Numbered from the stretch's first letter, positions 25,501 to 38,211 are shown. The stretch: DNA of 47,436 nt from Anthoceros angustus (GCA_010909165.1 VJWM01000349.1:1-47436); one strand, 5' to 3'. A program made the numbers and translations. Notes: generated by a model not told the origin, from the sequence alone.

Positions 25501-27390
25501 TAGGATTTGAAGGCCAACAATGAGGTCTTGCGTTTGGCCAAGAGGAGGACATTGGGTCCTCATGATGATGAGGAGCTGCAAGGGAGGCCTCCGATTTTGA
25601 TGAGGCCATCGTGAAATGGACTCAGAGGAGTCGGAGATGGGGGAGGCGGTAGCGCCAAGGGTGGAAGATGGCGCGGAGGCAAGGAGGGGACAGCCCACCC
25701 TCACGGGGTCAACCTACCACGGTGGGTGACCACTACCACGGTGTCGCCGGACTACCGTGGTGACCACCTCTGTGGGTGTCGCGGACTGGGGTGAGCAGTG
25801 CCAGCGGGGAGCTGAGTCGGGCGGGCTGGCCGAGGATGAAGGAGCCGGGGTCCGTGGTATACCCCTGGAGGAGCGGTGGTGGTGGGGAGACAACCCAGGA
25901 GGAGACTAAAGGCGGGGTCCGTCGAGGAAGGAGGGTGAGAAGTTCCCTCGCCCACGGATAAGGGAAGGGCCGGGGCGGGGAGAGTCAATGCAAAGGGCCG
26001 GAGAAGTTAGACATGGTGGCAATTGGGAGAAGAACTCTTTGATGCTCCATGATAGGTATGGACAAAAAACAAGAGGAAAGGAGCAAAGATTCCACCCAAG
26101 GCGGGATGGAGAAAGAAGGAAAAGGCGACTACCATGGTAGGTAGTCACCCGATGATCGCGGACTACCGCGTAGGGTCGATAGCAGGCGCGAGCGCGGAGG
26201 CTGGAGAAAAGGCGCTGGCGCGATTGGGAGGGAGGAATCGGTGCGCCGCGGAGAGGAAGGCGGTGTACTTGCCCATTAGGAAGGCAGGATCAGGAAGGGA
26301 GGGAGCAAGGAGGCGAGGCCAATCCACAAGGACACGTCACCACCCCCAAGATAAGGACTAGAATGGTCAATGACCATAAATGAGCTTGGGGAATAGGAAG
26401 GATAGGTGGTGTGGTGACATCCTTTAAGGATGATCTTAGGTGAAGTTACTAGAATAGAATTTACCAAGGACAATAGACTTAGCCTTAAATCTTTGGCGGT
26501 AGGAAATAATAGAAAATTGGAAAAGGTGACTGTAGGGTCACCTAAGGGAGGTTGTATGTGGAAGGCCTCCTATAAGAGGAGGAGGATTTCACAAAGTAAA
26601 GTATCATGTCTTGCGCTTCCTCATCGAGTCCTTTGCCATTCTGGAGGAATTTCGTGTTGTGAGCCAACCAGTCTGGTAGAGAGGAAGTCGCGGTGGTCGG
26701 AGTGCTTGGTGGAGGACTTGCTCAAGTGCCTAAACGAGTTGCTCCCTTGTGAATGGTTGTGTGAAATTGCTTTGCTTTGGGTGTGTGGCAATGCCCGGGA
26801 ACTCTCGGTTGATCCAGGAAAGACTCCTGGAGGTTCTCACAGTGTCAAACTCATAGCAAGGAAGAACTTCTGGTGGAGGCCAGCGGTTGTCGTAAGGGCG
26901 AGTCGAAGCCAGTGAAGCCCAGGCGAGGTTAGAATAGGAGGAAGAGGATGAGAAGATGAGTAGAGGATTAGAGGTGTAGGTGTTGGTGGAGAGGCGAGCC
27001 TAAGGGAAGAATCCCAAATGCAAGTAAAGCGCTCACAGGTGGAGAAGAGTGGTCTTAAGTAGGGACGAAATCGCGGTGTGGATCGGGGTCCACAGGCGCC
27101 GTGATAGGCTCCCTCGAGGCGGGACACCGCAATGTGTTGTGTGTGTTGTAGGTCGAGGGTTGGTGATTTTGAGCGGTGCAAGTGGTGCAGTGCTGTAAGA
27201 GGGAGAGTGAGGCGCCTTGCTTGTTAGAAGGGCGAAGTTGTGTCTCTGCGGTGGCGATCGGGTGTCACAAGACCTCGAACTTTCACACAAGTCTCATGGG
27301 AATGAAACCCAATGCAGAAGCGGCGATTGGGATAAGTGTGGCCGCTATAATGGGAGGACCTCGGGAGTGCCCCGGGTTTTCCCTACCACA
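22558..27390 (+). mobile_element. Family-B solo LTR (~4.8 kb) containing a long ORF
   Basis: Left end ...TAAAGTTTGGGCAAC (first bases degenerate), right end GATAAGTGTGGCC...TACCACA, TATA at 26571, no PBS after it. Host LTR is continuous across it with flanks TACAC and CACAC. Confidence 0.8.
23485..25770 (+). pseudogene. Family-B LTR-internal ORF, full span (about 750 codons, frameshifted; end approximate)
   Basis: ENIQLGWVYGRQWAYTNLELIEEC, WRLFAKIV, LWKIS..HWGTIMYEAY, LSTYLVHLWESRDFSQARSW, coiled-coil tail, RRTLGPHDDE. Confidence 0.72.
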
Positions 27391-28763
27391 CACACACATG
27401 GGCACCGCGTTCTCACCAAGTCCTTGCCCTAGTTCCCTTGCATGCACAAGCTCTTCCTCTCAATTCCTCGCAGGCTTCCTAGGTGCCACTCCCTACACAC
27501 CCCGCTTGCATCACCCCGCTTGCATGGCCCTTTGGTAGTGATAGTGAAACTCCTTGATATAGGCCGTTGATTCCCTGCCATGTGGCACCATTTCCACCGC
27601 CCTCTGTTTAGAGGCCCTACTTGTTAAAAGCACCCTACACTACCTACCCCACATATTTATGTTCTATTATTCCTAATATATCCTATTTATCCACAACCTT
27701 GCATATGCAGTCTTCTTTAGCAACTTCCTAGGTTTGTACCTGCCTTATCTGGAAAGCTTGCTGCCCAAGGTACCCATATATGTAGGGTGTCGCACCCCAC
27801 CTCACGTAGGGAGACCTCACCACTCCCTACGGTAGGGAGACACTCTCATCCTACCTATCTACCTACCTACCTAACGACCTACCTAGTTACCGCCCGTAGG
27901 GAGTCCCTGCTACCTACATCCTACCCATGTAGGGCCACCCTGGTCACCCTACATACTACTTGCATCTCTGTCCCCTACTTATGGACACGCACCGTCCTAC
28001 CAACCCTCCTTGCTACCCATTTCTCCTCGCGGCCACCACAACAGCCTCCCTTCACTTTGACTTGACAGCAAATTCCGCCATGATGCACACCCTGTGATCC
28101 CTTCACCATGTGCCCACACGCCTTCCTATGGTTTGGCCACACCTCCATCTTGCAGCCCGATACAAATTCATCTGAGTGCTCTACCACTTTCCAGTTCAAC
28201 ACACGACCCTATCATGCCATCCTCACATCGTGACTCCACCGAGAGCACTTCCACGTGCCTCAATGGCCTCCTCTTGCAACCCTTGTGGCTTTCACGAACA
28301 TGAAATCTCGCCCCATCCTTGCACCATTGCTGCTCCTCTCATCTTGGCTCCCGGCCTAGAGCCACACTCATCTTGAATTCCACCATTACAGGCACTTGGC
28401 CCATCTTCTCGGCAAGCCACACACCTCTACCTGCAGTCCTCCTCGCAAAAATCTCAACAACGTGAGCACTCCTGTCTCACTTCTTCCACACGTGGTATTA
28501 CTTGCCTTCTTAAACTAGGTGATGGCCCCCAATAATCGGGCCTTTGCCTCTGCAGTGTCAGCGCTGTGAACCTCAAGCTACTTCCCTTAATTGCCTTCAC
28601 CCTCTACTCCTCATTCTCCAACAAATTGCGTCAAGATCTTCTGACAATTCTCTTTCACTTCACTTCACTTCTCTCCCGTTTGCTTCAGCTCTGCTCTAGT
28701 TTTGCTCTAGTTTGATCCCTTTTGATCCAAAAAGTAGGAGTGCCCAAACTTTTATGTTCCACA

Positions 28764-29603
28764 CCTTGAAATTTGGTCAATCTCTTCGTTAGAGCCTCCA
28801 CTTGTCTTGCAATTCCGCCTCCTATGGCAGACGTTTCTCCCTTCTCCATTCGACGAGCCGTTTTCCCTTTCCTCTCCTTCTCCAACGCGCGTTCCGCTTC
28901 TTCCTGCCTCCTCTTGACCTTCTCCAAGTCCTTTCTCATTCGCCGTTCGTAGGCCTTCTCTGATTCCTTGTCCGATGGAGCTTTCAGTTCCCTGCCTCAC
29001 TTCGATGAGGATGAAGGTGACGAAAGCTGAGGAGGAGAGGAAGACGAGGAGCTCGATTGCCTCGATCCCTTCCTCTTCTATGACCCGCTTTTCCTCCTTC
29101 TCCCCAACTCGGTCCCATTCCTTAGCTAATCGAATGGCTCGGTCTTGTCACGTCTGCTTGCACTTCCATTTTTGGGACAATCCGCCTCACAAACCAATCC
29201 AACTGCTCTTGTGAGTACCGGTGGGTGGATAATCTCTCGCGCACACTTTGGAACTCGATCTAGGTAACCATAGAACCTCCCACATAATCAAATGATTCTC
29301 TCTTCTTCCTACGGACGGTCCTCAGTTTTGCCAGGGTATGATGAGCTTAACTGAGTCCTCGGAAGCGATTCAAGAAAGCCGCTTGAGCCTCCCAAGTCGG
29401 TGCCACCAAATGAGTGCGACCATACCATTGTTGCGCATGCCCTCTCAGCAGTCCAGGAAAGATGCGCAGTCAATCGGCGACTCCATCCTCCAAGTTGGCG
29501 TGGGAGACGTGCTCGAAAGTTCTCACAAACGCCTCCGCGTCATCCCCCTTCTTCTTCTCGCCAAATTTGACATATTATTGGCGACTGTGGAGCTGTGGCA
29601 GTG
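28764..29603 (-). pseudogene. gag: Gypsy gag middle segment (capsid-like core and coiled coil)
   Basis: Hand translation: LPQLHSRQ*YVKFGEKKKGDDAEAFVRTFEHVSHANLEDGVAD*LRIFPGLLRGHAQQWYGRTHLVAPTWEAQAAFLNRFR, a retrotransposon Gag pattern. Confidence 0.85.
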
Positions 29604-32600
29604 TGGAATATGAAAGTTTGGGCACTCCTACTTTTTGGATCAAAAAGGATCAAACTAGAGCAAAACTAGAGCAGAGGACGGAGAATTGAAGTGAAGTGGA
29701 AGAGAATCAAGATCTTGAGGCAATTTGTTGGAGAATGAGGAGTAAGAAGTGAGGAGCCAAGCAAAGTAGGTTTTGGCTGTGATAAACTGCGGGGGACCAC
29801 CACCAAGTTTGAGGAAGGCAAAGTAATTTGCCACATGTGGAAGAAGTGAGACATGGGCGGTGCTCATATTGCTGAGATTTTGCGAGAAGGAGGACTACTA
29901 GGTAGAGATGTGGCAAGGGGGTTTTGCAGAAGATGGGCCAAGTGCCGTAATGGTGTGCAGGGCTCTGTGGCTCTGGGTTGGGAGCTCGGCATGCGAGAGG
30001 AGCAGCAATCTTGCAAGGATGGGAGCGAGGAGCTCATGTTGAGGTGAGCAGCCACAAGGGTTGCAAGAGGAGGCCATGGCGCGAGGCTCACATGGAGTCA
30101 CGATGAGGATGGCATGATAGGGCCGTGTGTTGAACTAGGAAGGCCAGTGGTGGCACTCACGGGCTGAATTTGTAGGGGCTGGATGGAGGTGTGGCCAAAC
30201 CATAGGAAGGCGTGTTGCGGGTGGCATGAGGATCACTGGCAGGCGTGCATCATGGCGGCGGTGAAGGGCCGGTGGTGACGCGGATATGGATAGCAAGGAG
30301 GGTTGGTACGAGATGTTGTGGAGGCGTGAGAAGTTCACCGAGGATAAGTTCATTTTATTCTTGATGAGTGTTATGCAAGCCAATTGGGTGTGTTGGACAA
30401 TGGAATGTAAGAACTCGAGTTAAGCGTCCTAGGGGTGGATCGACGGATGGGGGCCTTTGTGTGAGGTGTTATATTTAGTATGAGATTGGGAGTGTTGAGT
30501 GGTGCACCCTACGGAATAGGTGTAGGGTGGCGGTGGGCGTAGGGCATGGCACTCCCCTCGTAGGGAGGTGCACCCTACGAGGAGAAGTGAGGCGTGGCAG
30601 GAGAAGGTGTAGGGGGTGGTGGCCCTACATGGAGGAGGTGTAGTGAGGTAGGTAGTAGTGGGGTATGAGGGGACCCTACATAGGGGCAGGGTCCCTACTA
30701 TGTATGTGGGTAGGGATGCGTAGGGATGGTAGGCGGTGCGTGTCCCTATGTGTCCCCTGTATCGATGTAGGGAACAAGGTGTAGGACAAGTAGGGGATAG
30801 AGATGCGGGTAGTATGTAGGGTGAGGGGTGGCCTACATGGGTAGGATGTAGGGTGGCGGGGCTCTACGGGCAGTTAGGTAGGTAGATAGGTAGGATGAGA
30901 GTGTCTCCCTAGGAGTGGTGAGGTCTCCCTCGTGGGCAGCGGAGGTGGGGTGACACCTACTTGGATACTTGGAAGCTTACTTGGATACTTGGGAAGCAAG
31001 CTTTCAGGATGTACAAACCTAGGAAGTTGCAAGAGGGTGCATAGGCAAGGTTGTGGATAAATAGGATATATTAGGAATAATAGCACATAAATATGTGGGG
31101 TAGGTAGTGTGGTGTGGCCATGCAAGGTGTGTGAGTGGCACCTAGGAAGCTCGAGGAATTGCGGAAGAGCTTGTGCATGCAAAGGAATGGAAAGCTAGAG
31201 CAAGGACTTGGTGAGGCGGTGCCCGTGTGTGTGCAAGGAGAAGGAGGGTGCGTGCATAAGGAGTTGTGTGTGAAGGATTTGAAGCACAACTGGAGAAGAG
31301 CAAGGCGCTGAATTTTGCGTGCCTAGGACCTTGCAAGTGAGGGATTTGGGCGCATAAGGAGTTGTATGTTGTGAGGACATCAAGTTTGAGCTAGGTGGGA
31401 CTGGAGGAGGAAGTAAGTGGAAAAGGGCTGAAGTTGCTCTCTTGGTGGATTTTATGTGGTGAAAATTGTGTGTGCAGGTGACAACTAGGTGGAAAGCAGC
31501 ATGGGCGTGCCCCAAGCTTGTCTTGTTTGTGCGATTATTTTGAAGGTACAAGATGGTGAAAGCGCGCACCTAAGAAGGGCAAGTTGGTTGCTAGGAGCCA
31601 GGAAGAGGAGATGCTTGAATTTAATTGCACAGCAGGAGGCTAGGCATGGTGGCATTCATATGGAGGACAGCCCAACACATCCGGTATATGGAAGGCCGTG
31701 AGGATGACTCGGAGGAGGAAGAGGAAGGCATGGAGCAAGATCCGCTCACGGAGACCTTCTTGCGGTGGAGAGTGTGAGGCGGTAGGGCCATAAGAAGTGA
31801 CCCTCGTCCGTAGGAGGTGTAGAGGGTGGCCCTACATCCGTAGGATCACCGGTGCGGATCTAGAGGTAATTGAAGAGGTGGTGGTAGCTTGGAGCGTGGG
31901 CTCATTGCTTGGGGAGACTTTTCTTTAGGGAGGACAGGCATTAATGCTTGTCAACCCAGAGGGTGTGTTGACTAGCTGGATAGGAATGTTGACAGAGCCA
32001 TTAAGGCTCACATAGGGTGAATTGCTAGAATAGAATTTTACCCAAGATGCTTGGATGTCGAACTTAAAATCGGTAGGATACACTAAAATAAGGCGGCGGT
32101 GCAGAGGGGCGCTTGAGGCAGAGGACCTCCCTATAAAAGGAGGGAGCTTGTGAAGTAAAATTATCGTGTCTTGCGCTCCCAAAGTCCTTTGCTCCTTGTG
32201 AAGGAAGTTCGTGGTGCAAGCTAACGTGGCGTAGAGAGGGAGTTTGCGGTCGGAGTGAGGGCTCGCTCCTTGCGGCGCCTCTGGTTGCTCCCCTTGTGAA
32301 TGGTTGTGAAATTGCTTTGCTTTGGGTGTGTGGCGATGCCCAAGGAACTCTCGGCTTGAGGGTAGACTACAGGAAAGACTCCCGAGGTTCTCGTGCAAAC
32401 TCATAGCAACGCCCAAGGAAGAACTTGTTGGCTTGTAGGCGGACCCAGGTTGTCGTAAGGGCGAGCTAGGGCCGGTGAGCTTGAAGTAAGGTTAGATTAG
32501 GAGGATGAGGAGTTGAGTTGAGGTGAGTGTATGTTGAGGAGAATGTGGAGCTGAATGTTGAGTAGAGGAGTAGGTAGAGATTAGGAGTAAGAAGAAGGCC

Positions 32601-33189
32601 CAAGTCGAGCCTAAGGGAGGGTCCCAAATGCACTAAACCGAGACCCAGGCTGGGCTAAGGTCTCAAAATCACGGGTGGAGAAGTCGCTACCGTAGGGGGT
32701 CCTCGTGCGTGAGGTGGACCTACCATAGTGGGACCTCTGAGGATGTCGTTGTAGGTCCAGGAGTGGTGATCGGAGAGGCGGGAGTGGCGGCCGTAGAGTT
32801 GGTGGTTGAGGTGTGCCAATTGTGGGAAGGCGATGGGAAAGGAATAGTGGACGATCACGGGTGGTGAAGTCGCGTTGCAACGTAGGGGTCCCTACGTGCG
32901 TGGCCGACCCTCGCGTGGGGTGTGGACCTATATAATCGTAGGGTGTCGTTGTAGGTCTAGAAGCGGTGATTGGAGCGGCATGGTGAGGCGTGGGCTGCTG
33001 CATGGAGTGAGTTGAAGTTGCTCCAGTGTGTGAGGGAGCTTGGGTGTGAAGAGGCGTGTGGTTTGTGCCTTGGATGGTGACCTGACAAACAAGAGTCTCA
33101 TGGGACGAAACCTATTGTACTTAGCGACAGTGGGATAAGTGTGGCCACTAGAGGGTGAATCTCGGAAGCCCCAGGGTTTTCCTCCCACA
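29602..33189 (+). repeat. Family-C 5' LTR
   Basis: TGTGGAATATG...CCTCCCACA; TATA 32131-32140; direct repeat of 34517-38211. Confidence 0.92.
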
Positions 33190-33193
33190 TTTT

Positions 33194-33211
33194 TGGCGCC
33201 GTTGCCGGGGA
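33194..33211 (+). other. Primer-binding site, tRNA-Asp
   Basis: TGGCGCCGTTGCCGGGGA, the Athila-type PBS complementary to the 3' end of plant tRNA-Asp(GUC). Confidence 0.92.
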
Positions 33212-34500
33212 CTCTTTGCTTTGGCAAGTCGGCAGTGGAAGAGGCATGAACATTGTTGAGAATCTCTAATCGGGGGATGCGAGGATGAAGTTTTATTGTA
33301 GGCATGGAGAGGAGATCGCCCCTGCTGATTTTTGCAAGTGGTGTGAGAGTTGCATGACGTGTAGAGGAAGAAGCCGAGGAGAGAGCTCTTGCGGAGGAAG
33401 CTACATGTGCTAACATCTTCAAGTGTTCTGTTGAGCAAGAAGAGGTAGTTTTCTAAGAGCAGGAGAAGGTTGTGCTCACGGACAACAAGAGGAAGGAGGT
33501 TGTCGAGGAGTTCTTGTGGGGTGAGGGTCAAGAATTCGAGCCAGTTAGTAGTTTCGAGGGATTTGGAGGAGCTAAGAATGCGAGCATGAGAGCGGCTATT
33601 GCTCATGGGGCGTTGGTTAGAAGAAAGAGCTTGAGAGTGGGCATATGTTGTTGCTTCCCAAGATTTCATGAGGATGATGTCTAGGAGGAAGTGGAGGTCG
33701 TGCTCTTGACCAATGGATAGTTTATGGAGGCTAGGTGATGGCGAGGGCTTTACTTTGAGGAAGAGGGCCCGGGGACATGCTCAAGGTACGCTTGCCTTGA
33801 TTGTGTGGTTGAGAGGAGGAACTTGAATTCGAGCTTGGAGGGCTTGGATGCTTCTTTTGGCATCAAGGAGGAAGTAATTGTGAGCGGTTGTGTAGCTATT
33901 CGTGGGAGATGTCTAAGGCCATTGAAGAGAGTGCTTCCAATTTATTGTCAGGAGTGTTCTTGTATGTGACGGGTTGGTACCGTGCTCAAGATGGGGTTGC
34001 CTATGTTGCAAGGAGGAGTCAAGTGGAGGAGCTATCTCAAGGAGGTTGCTTCAAGTTGCATCTTGAGGCTTTGCTTTGTCTTGATATGAGCAGATTGGAG
34101 ATGGAAGACAAGGAACGAGGTGGGAGAGAGTCACTTGAAGGAAGTTGGAAGAATTTGAGGAGGAATTGCGGATTGAAGTGGACATCTTGAGGAAGGAGTG
34201 ATGACCAAAGCCTTGAAGAGAGGAATTGCAAGCTTTGAAGTTGCTGTGAAGGATTATGTGGAAATTTGGTGGGAGGCTTGGGAGCATTCATGGCACATTT
34301 AGAGCTCCGAGGTCTTGGAATTTGGAAGATGTCCTTCCACAACATGCATGTGAGATGGAGAGGTTGTGTTTTACAAGGAAGTGATGTTTTGTATTTTCAC
34401 GAAAGTGTATGCTAGGAATCTAACATGACCACTTGTCACTACGATGAATGGTGGAAGGCGATGGAGTATCTACAATGGTAGGTTGTTTGCGGGGCAAACA

Positions 34501-34514
34501 AGTGAGGTGGGGAG
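34501..34514 (+). other. Polypurine tract
   Basis: AGTGAGGTGGGGAG, 2 nt before the 3' LTR. Confidence 0.8.
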
Positions 34515-34516
34515 TA

Positions 34517-37500
34517 TGTGGAATATGAAAGTTTGGGCACTCCTACTTTTGGATCAAAAGGATCAAACTAGAGCAAAACTAGAGCAGAAATGAGCGAGGA
34601 GAGAATTGAAGTGAAGTGGAAGAGAATTGTCAAGATCTTGAGGCAATTTGTTGGAGAATGAGGAGTAGAGGGTGAAGGCAATTAAGCCAAGGAAGTAGCT
34701 TGAGGTTGCTGCCGCTGTTGATAGGCTTGCGAGGCAAAGGCACGATTATTGGGGACCACCACCAAGTTTGAGGAAGGCAAAGTAATTTGCCACATGTGTG
34801 GAAGAAGTGAGACATGGGGTGCTCATATTGCTGAGATTTTGCAGTAAGGAGGACTGCTAGGTAGAGATGTGTGGCAAGGGTTGCTGCGGAAGATGGGCCA
34901 AGTGCCCGTAATGGTGGAATGCAGGATCTGCGGCTCTAGGTTGGGAGCTCAACATGCGAGAGAGGCGGCAATCGGTGCAAGGATGGGAGCGAGGAGCTCA
35001 TGTTGAGGGTGAGCAGCCACAAGGGTTGCAAGAGGAGGCCATGGCGGTGCGAGGCACATGGAAGTGCTCTGGAGTCACGATGGGAGGATGGCATGATAGG
35101 GCCGTGTGTTGAACTAGGAAAGGCCATGGTAGAGCACTCACGGCAGCTGAATTTGTAGGGCTGCAAGATGGAGGTGTGGCCAAACCATAGGAAGGCGTGT
35201 GCGGTGGGCGCAACATGGTGAAGGATCACCAGGGTGCATCATGATGCGGAATTTGCGGTGGGGCTGCAAGTCAAAGTGAAGGGAGGCCGTTGTGGTGGCC
35301 GCGAGGAGAAATGGATAGCAAGGAGGGTTGATACGAGATGTTGTGAGGCGTGAGAAGTTCACCGAGGATAAGTTCATTTTATTCTTGATGAGTGTTATGC
35401 ACAAGCCAATTGGGTGTGTTGGACAATGGAATGTAAGAACTCCAGAGTTAAGCGTCCTAGGGGTGGATCAAGAGATGGGGCACCTTTTGTGTGAGGTGTT
35501 ATATTTATCGCATGAGAGCTAATTGGGAGTGTTGGGTGTGCACCCTACGGGGTAGGTGTAGGGTGGCAGTGGACGTGAGGCATGGCACTCCCTACATGGA
35601 GGTGCACCCTAGCGGTGTGGAGGTGTGGGATGGCACGAGGAAGGTGTGGGAGGTGGCCCTACGAGTGGAGAAGGTGTGGGCGGAGGGTCCACAGGAGGTG
35701 CAGGGTAACAGGGGACCCTACATAGGTAGGCAGGGGTCCCTACATGTATGTATGTGGGTAGGACATCGTATGGGTAGGCGGTGCGTGTCCCTCGGTCCTC
35801 CTACCGAGTAGGGAACAAGTAGGGGATCTGGGTGCAGGGACAAGTAGGGGATGGTGGGATGTGGGGTGTGGGGGCCCCTGGGCATTAGTTAGGTAGGTAG
35901 ATGGGTAGGATGAGGTGTCTCCCCTCGTAGGAGTGGTGAGGTCTCCCTCATTGGGCGCGGAGTGGGTCACCCTACTTGGATACTTGGAAAGCTTACTTGG
36001 ATTGGGAAGCAAGCTTTGATAAGCGGTACAAACCTAGGAAGTTGCTAAAGAAGCATAGGCAAGGTTGTGGATAAATAGGATATATTAGGAATAATAGCAC
36101 ATAAATATGTGGGGTAGGTAGTGTAGGTGTGGCCATGCAAGCGGGGTGTGGGGAGTAACCTAGGAAGCACAAGGGTGCAGGAGAGCTTGTGCATGCAAGG
36201 AATGCAAAGGAAAGCTAGGCAAGGACTTGGTGGGGAGCGGTGCCCGTGTGTGCAAGGAGAAGGAGGTGTGCATAAGGAGTTGTGTGTGAAGGGATTTGAA
36301 GCACAACTGAAGAGAGCAAGGGCTGATTTTTGTGTAGGACCTTGCAAGTGAGGGATTTGGGCGCATAAGGAGTTGTATGTTGTGAGGACATCAAGTTTGA
36401 GCTAGGTGGGACGTGGAGTGAAGAGGAAGTAAGTGGAAAAGGGCTGAAGTTGCTCTTGGTGGATCTTATGTGGCGAGTGAAGAAATCTCAATTGTGTAGC
36501 GAGGTGACAACTAGGTGGAAGCAAACATGTGGGCCAAGCTTGTCTTGTTTGTGCGATTATTTTGAAGGTACAAGATGGTGAAAGCGCGCACCTAAGAAGG
36601 GCAAGTTGGTTGCTAGGGAGCCGAAGAGCAGAGAGCCGCCAGCAGGACAGACACATCCGGTATATGGAAGGTAGAGGATGACTCGGAGGAGGAAGAGGAA
36701 GGCATGGAGCAAGATCCGCTCACGGGAGACCTTCTTGCAGTGGAGAGTGTGAGGCGGTAGGGCCATAAAGTGACCCCTTCCGTAGGAGGTGTAGAGGGTG
36801 GCCCTACATCCGTAGGATCACCAGGGCGGCATAGAGGTAATTGAAGAGGGTTGGTGGTAGCTTGGAGTGTGGGCTCATTGCTTGGGGAGACTTTTCTTTA
36901 GAGGAGGCATTAATGCTTGTCAACCCGTGAGGTGTGTTGACTAGCTAGATAGGAATGTTGAGAGCCATTAAGGCTCACATAGGTGAAGTTGCTAGAATAG
37001 AATTTTACCCAAGATGCTTGGATGTCGAACTTAAAATCGACAATAGGATACACTAAAATAAAGTGAGGCGGGGCCGAGGCGCGAGGTATGTGAGGACCTC
37101 CCTATAAAAGGAGGGAGCTTGTGAAGTAAAATTATCGTGTCTTGCGCTCCCAAACCATGAGTCCTTTGCTCCTTGTGAAGGAAGTTCGTGCAGCAAGCTA
37201 ACGTGTAGAGAGGGAGTTTGCGGTGGTCAGTGCTTGGCGGAGGCTCGCTCCTTGCGGCGCCTCTGCAGTTGCTCCCTTGTGAATGGTTGTGTGAAATTGC
37301 TTTGCTTTGGGTGTGTGGCGATGCCCAAGGAACTCTCGGCTTGAGGGTAGACTACGGGGAAAGACTCCGGAGGTTCTCGCTCAGTGCAAACTCATAGCAA
37401 CCGCCCAAGGAAGAACTTGGCTTGTAGGCGGACCCAGGCGGTTGTCGTAAGGGCGAGCTAGGGCAGTGAGCTTGAAGTAAGGTTAGATTAGGAGGATGAG

Positions 37501-38211
37501 GAGTTGAGTTGAGGTGAGTGTATGTTGAGGAGAATGTGGAGTGAATGTTGAGTAGAGGAGTAGGTAGAGATTAGGAGTAAGAAGAAGGCCCAAGTCGAGC
37601 CTAAGGGAGGGTCCCAAATGCACCAAACCGAGAGGCGGAAGGCTGAGCTAAGGTCTCAAAATCACGGGGTGGAGAAGTCGCCCCTGTAGGGGGTCCCTGT
37701 GTGGGCGGTGGACCTACCGCCATAGGGTGGGACCTACGACTGTAGGATGTCGTTGTAGGTCCAGGAGTGGTGATCGACGGAGCAGTGCGGGAGTGGCGCG
37801 GCTGCTGTTAGAGTTGGTGGTTGAGGGTGTGCCAATTGTGGGAAGGCGATGGGAAAGGAATAGTGGACGATCACGGGGTGGTGAAGTCGCGTTGCAACGT
37901 AGGGGGTCCCTACGTGCGTAGCCGCTGACCTACTGCCGTGGGGTGTGGACCTATAGTCGTAGGGTGTCGTTGTAGGTCTAGAAGCGGTGATTGACGGAGC
38001 AGCATGGTGAGGCGTGGCTGCTGTCTGTGGAGTGAGTTGAAGTTGCTCCAGCTGTGTGAGGGAGCTTGGGGTGTGAGGCGTGTGGTTTGTGCCTTGGATG
38101 TTGGTGACCGACAAACAAGAGTCTCATGGGACGAAACCTATTGTACTTAGCGGCATTGGGATAAGTGTGGCCACTAGAGGTGAATCTCGGAAGCCGGGGG
38201 TTTCCTCCCCA
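34517..38211 (+). repeat. Family-C 3' LTR
   Basis: TGTGGAATATG...TTTCCTCCCCA; TATA 37102-37111. Confidence 0.92.

Larger units (their letters stand above)
20144..28763 (-). mobile_element. Family-C solo LTR (~3.8 kb: 20144-22557 plus 27391-28763), interrupted by a family-B LTR
   Basis: TGTGGAACATAAAAGTTTGGGCAC at 28763 and ...CCTCCCACA at 20144; perfect 5-bp TSD CCTTG at 20139-20143 and 28764-28768; largely colinear with 29602-33189. Confidence 0.9.
29602..38211 (+). mobile_element. Non-autonomous LTR retrotransposon, family C (LARD-like): two ~3.6 kb LTRs and a 1.3 kb interior
   Basis: Long direct repeats, perfect PBS after the first, PPT before the second, CAGTG at both junctions (29599-29603 and 38210-38214); no gag/pol motifs seen in 33212-34500. 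Confidence 0.9.

Noticed and set aside
32596-32615. U1 snRNA-like snippet GGCCCAAGTCGAGCCTA
   Set aside because: Only a short recalled resemblance; no U1 5' end, Sm site or flanking stems.
33081-33125. Hammerhead ribozyme (retrozyme-like) in U5: GAGTCTCATGGGACGAAAC looks like stem II plus GAAA
   Set aside because: The required CUGANGA box is absent here (CTGACAAACAAGA) and not conserved in the other copies (750-790, 27280-27310, 39150-39180); stems I and III were not found.
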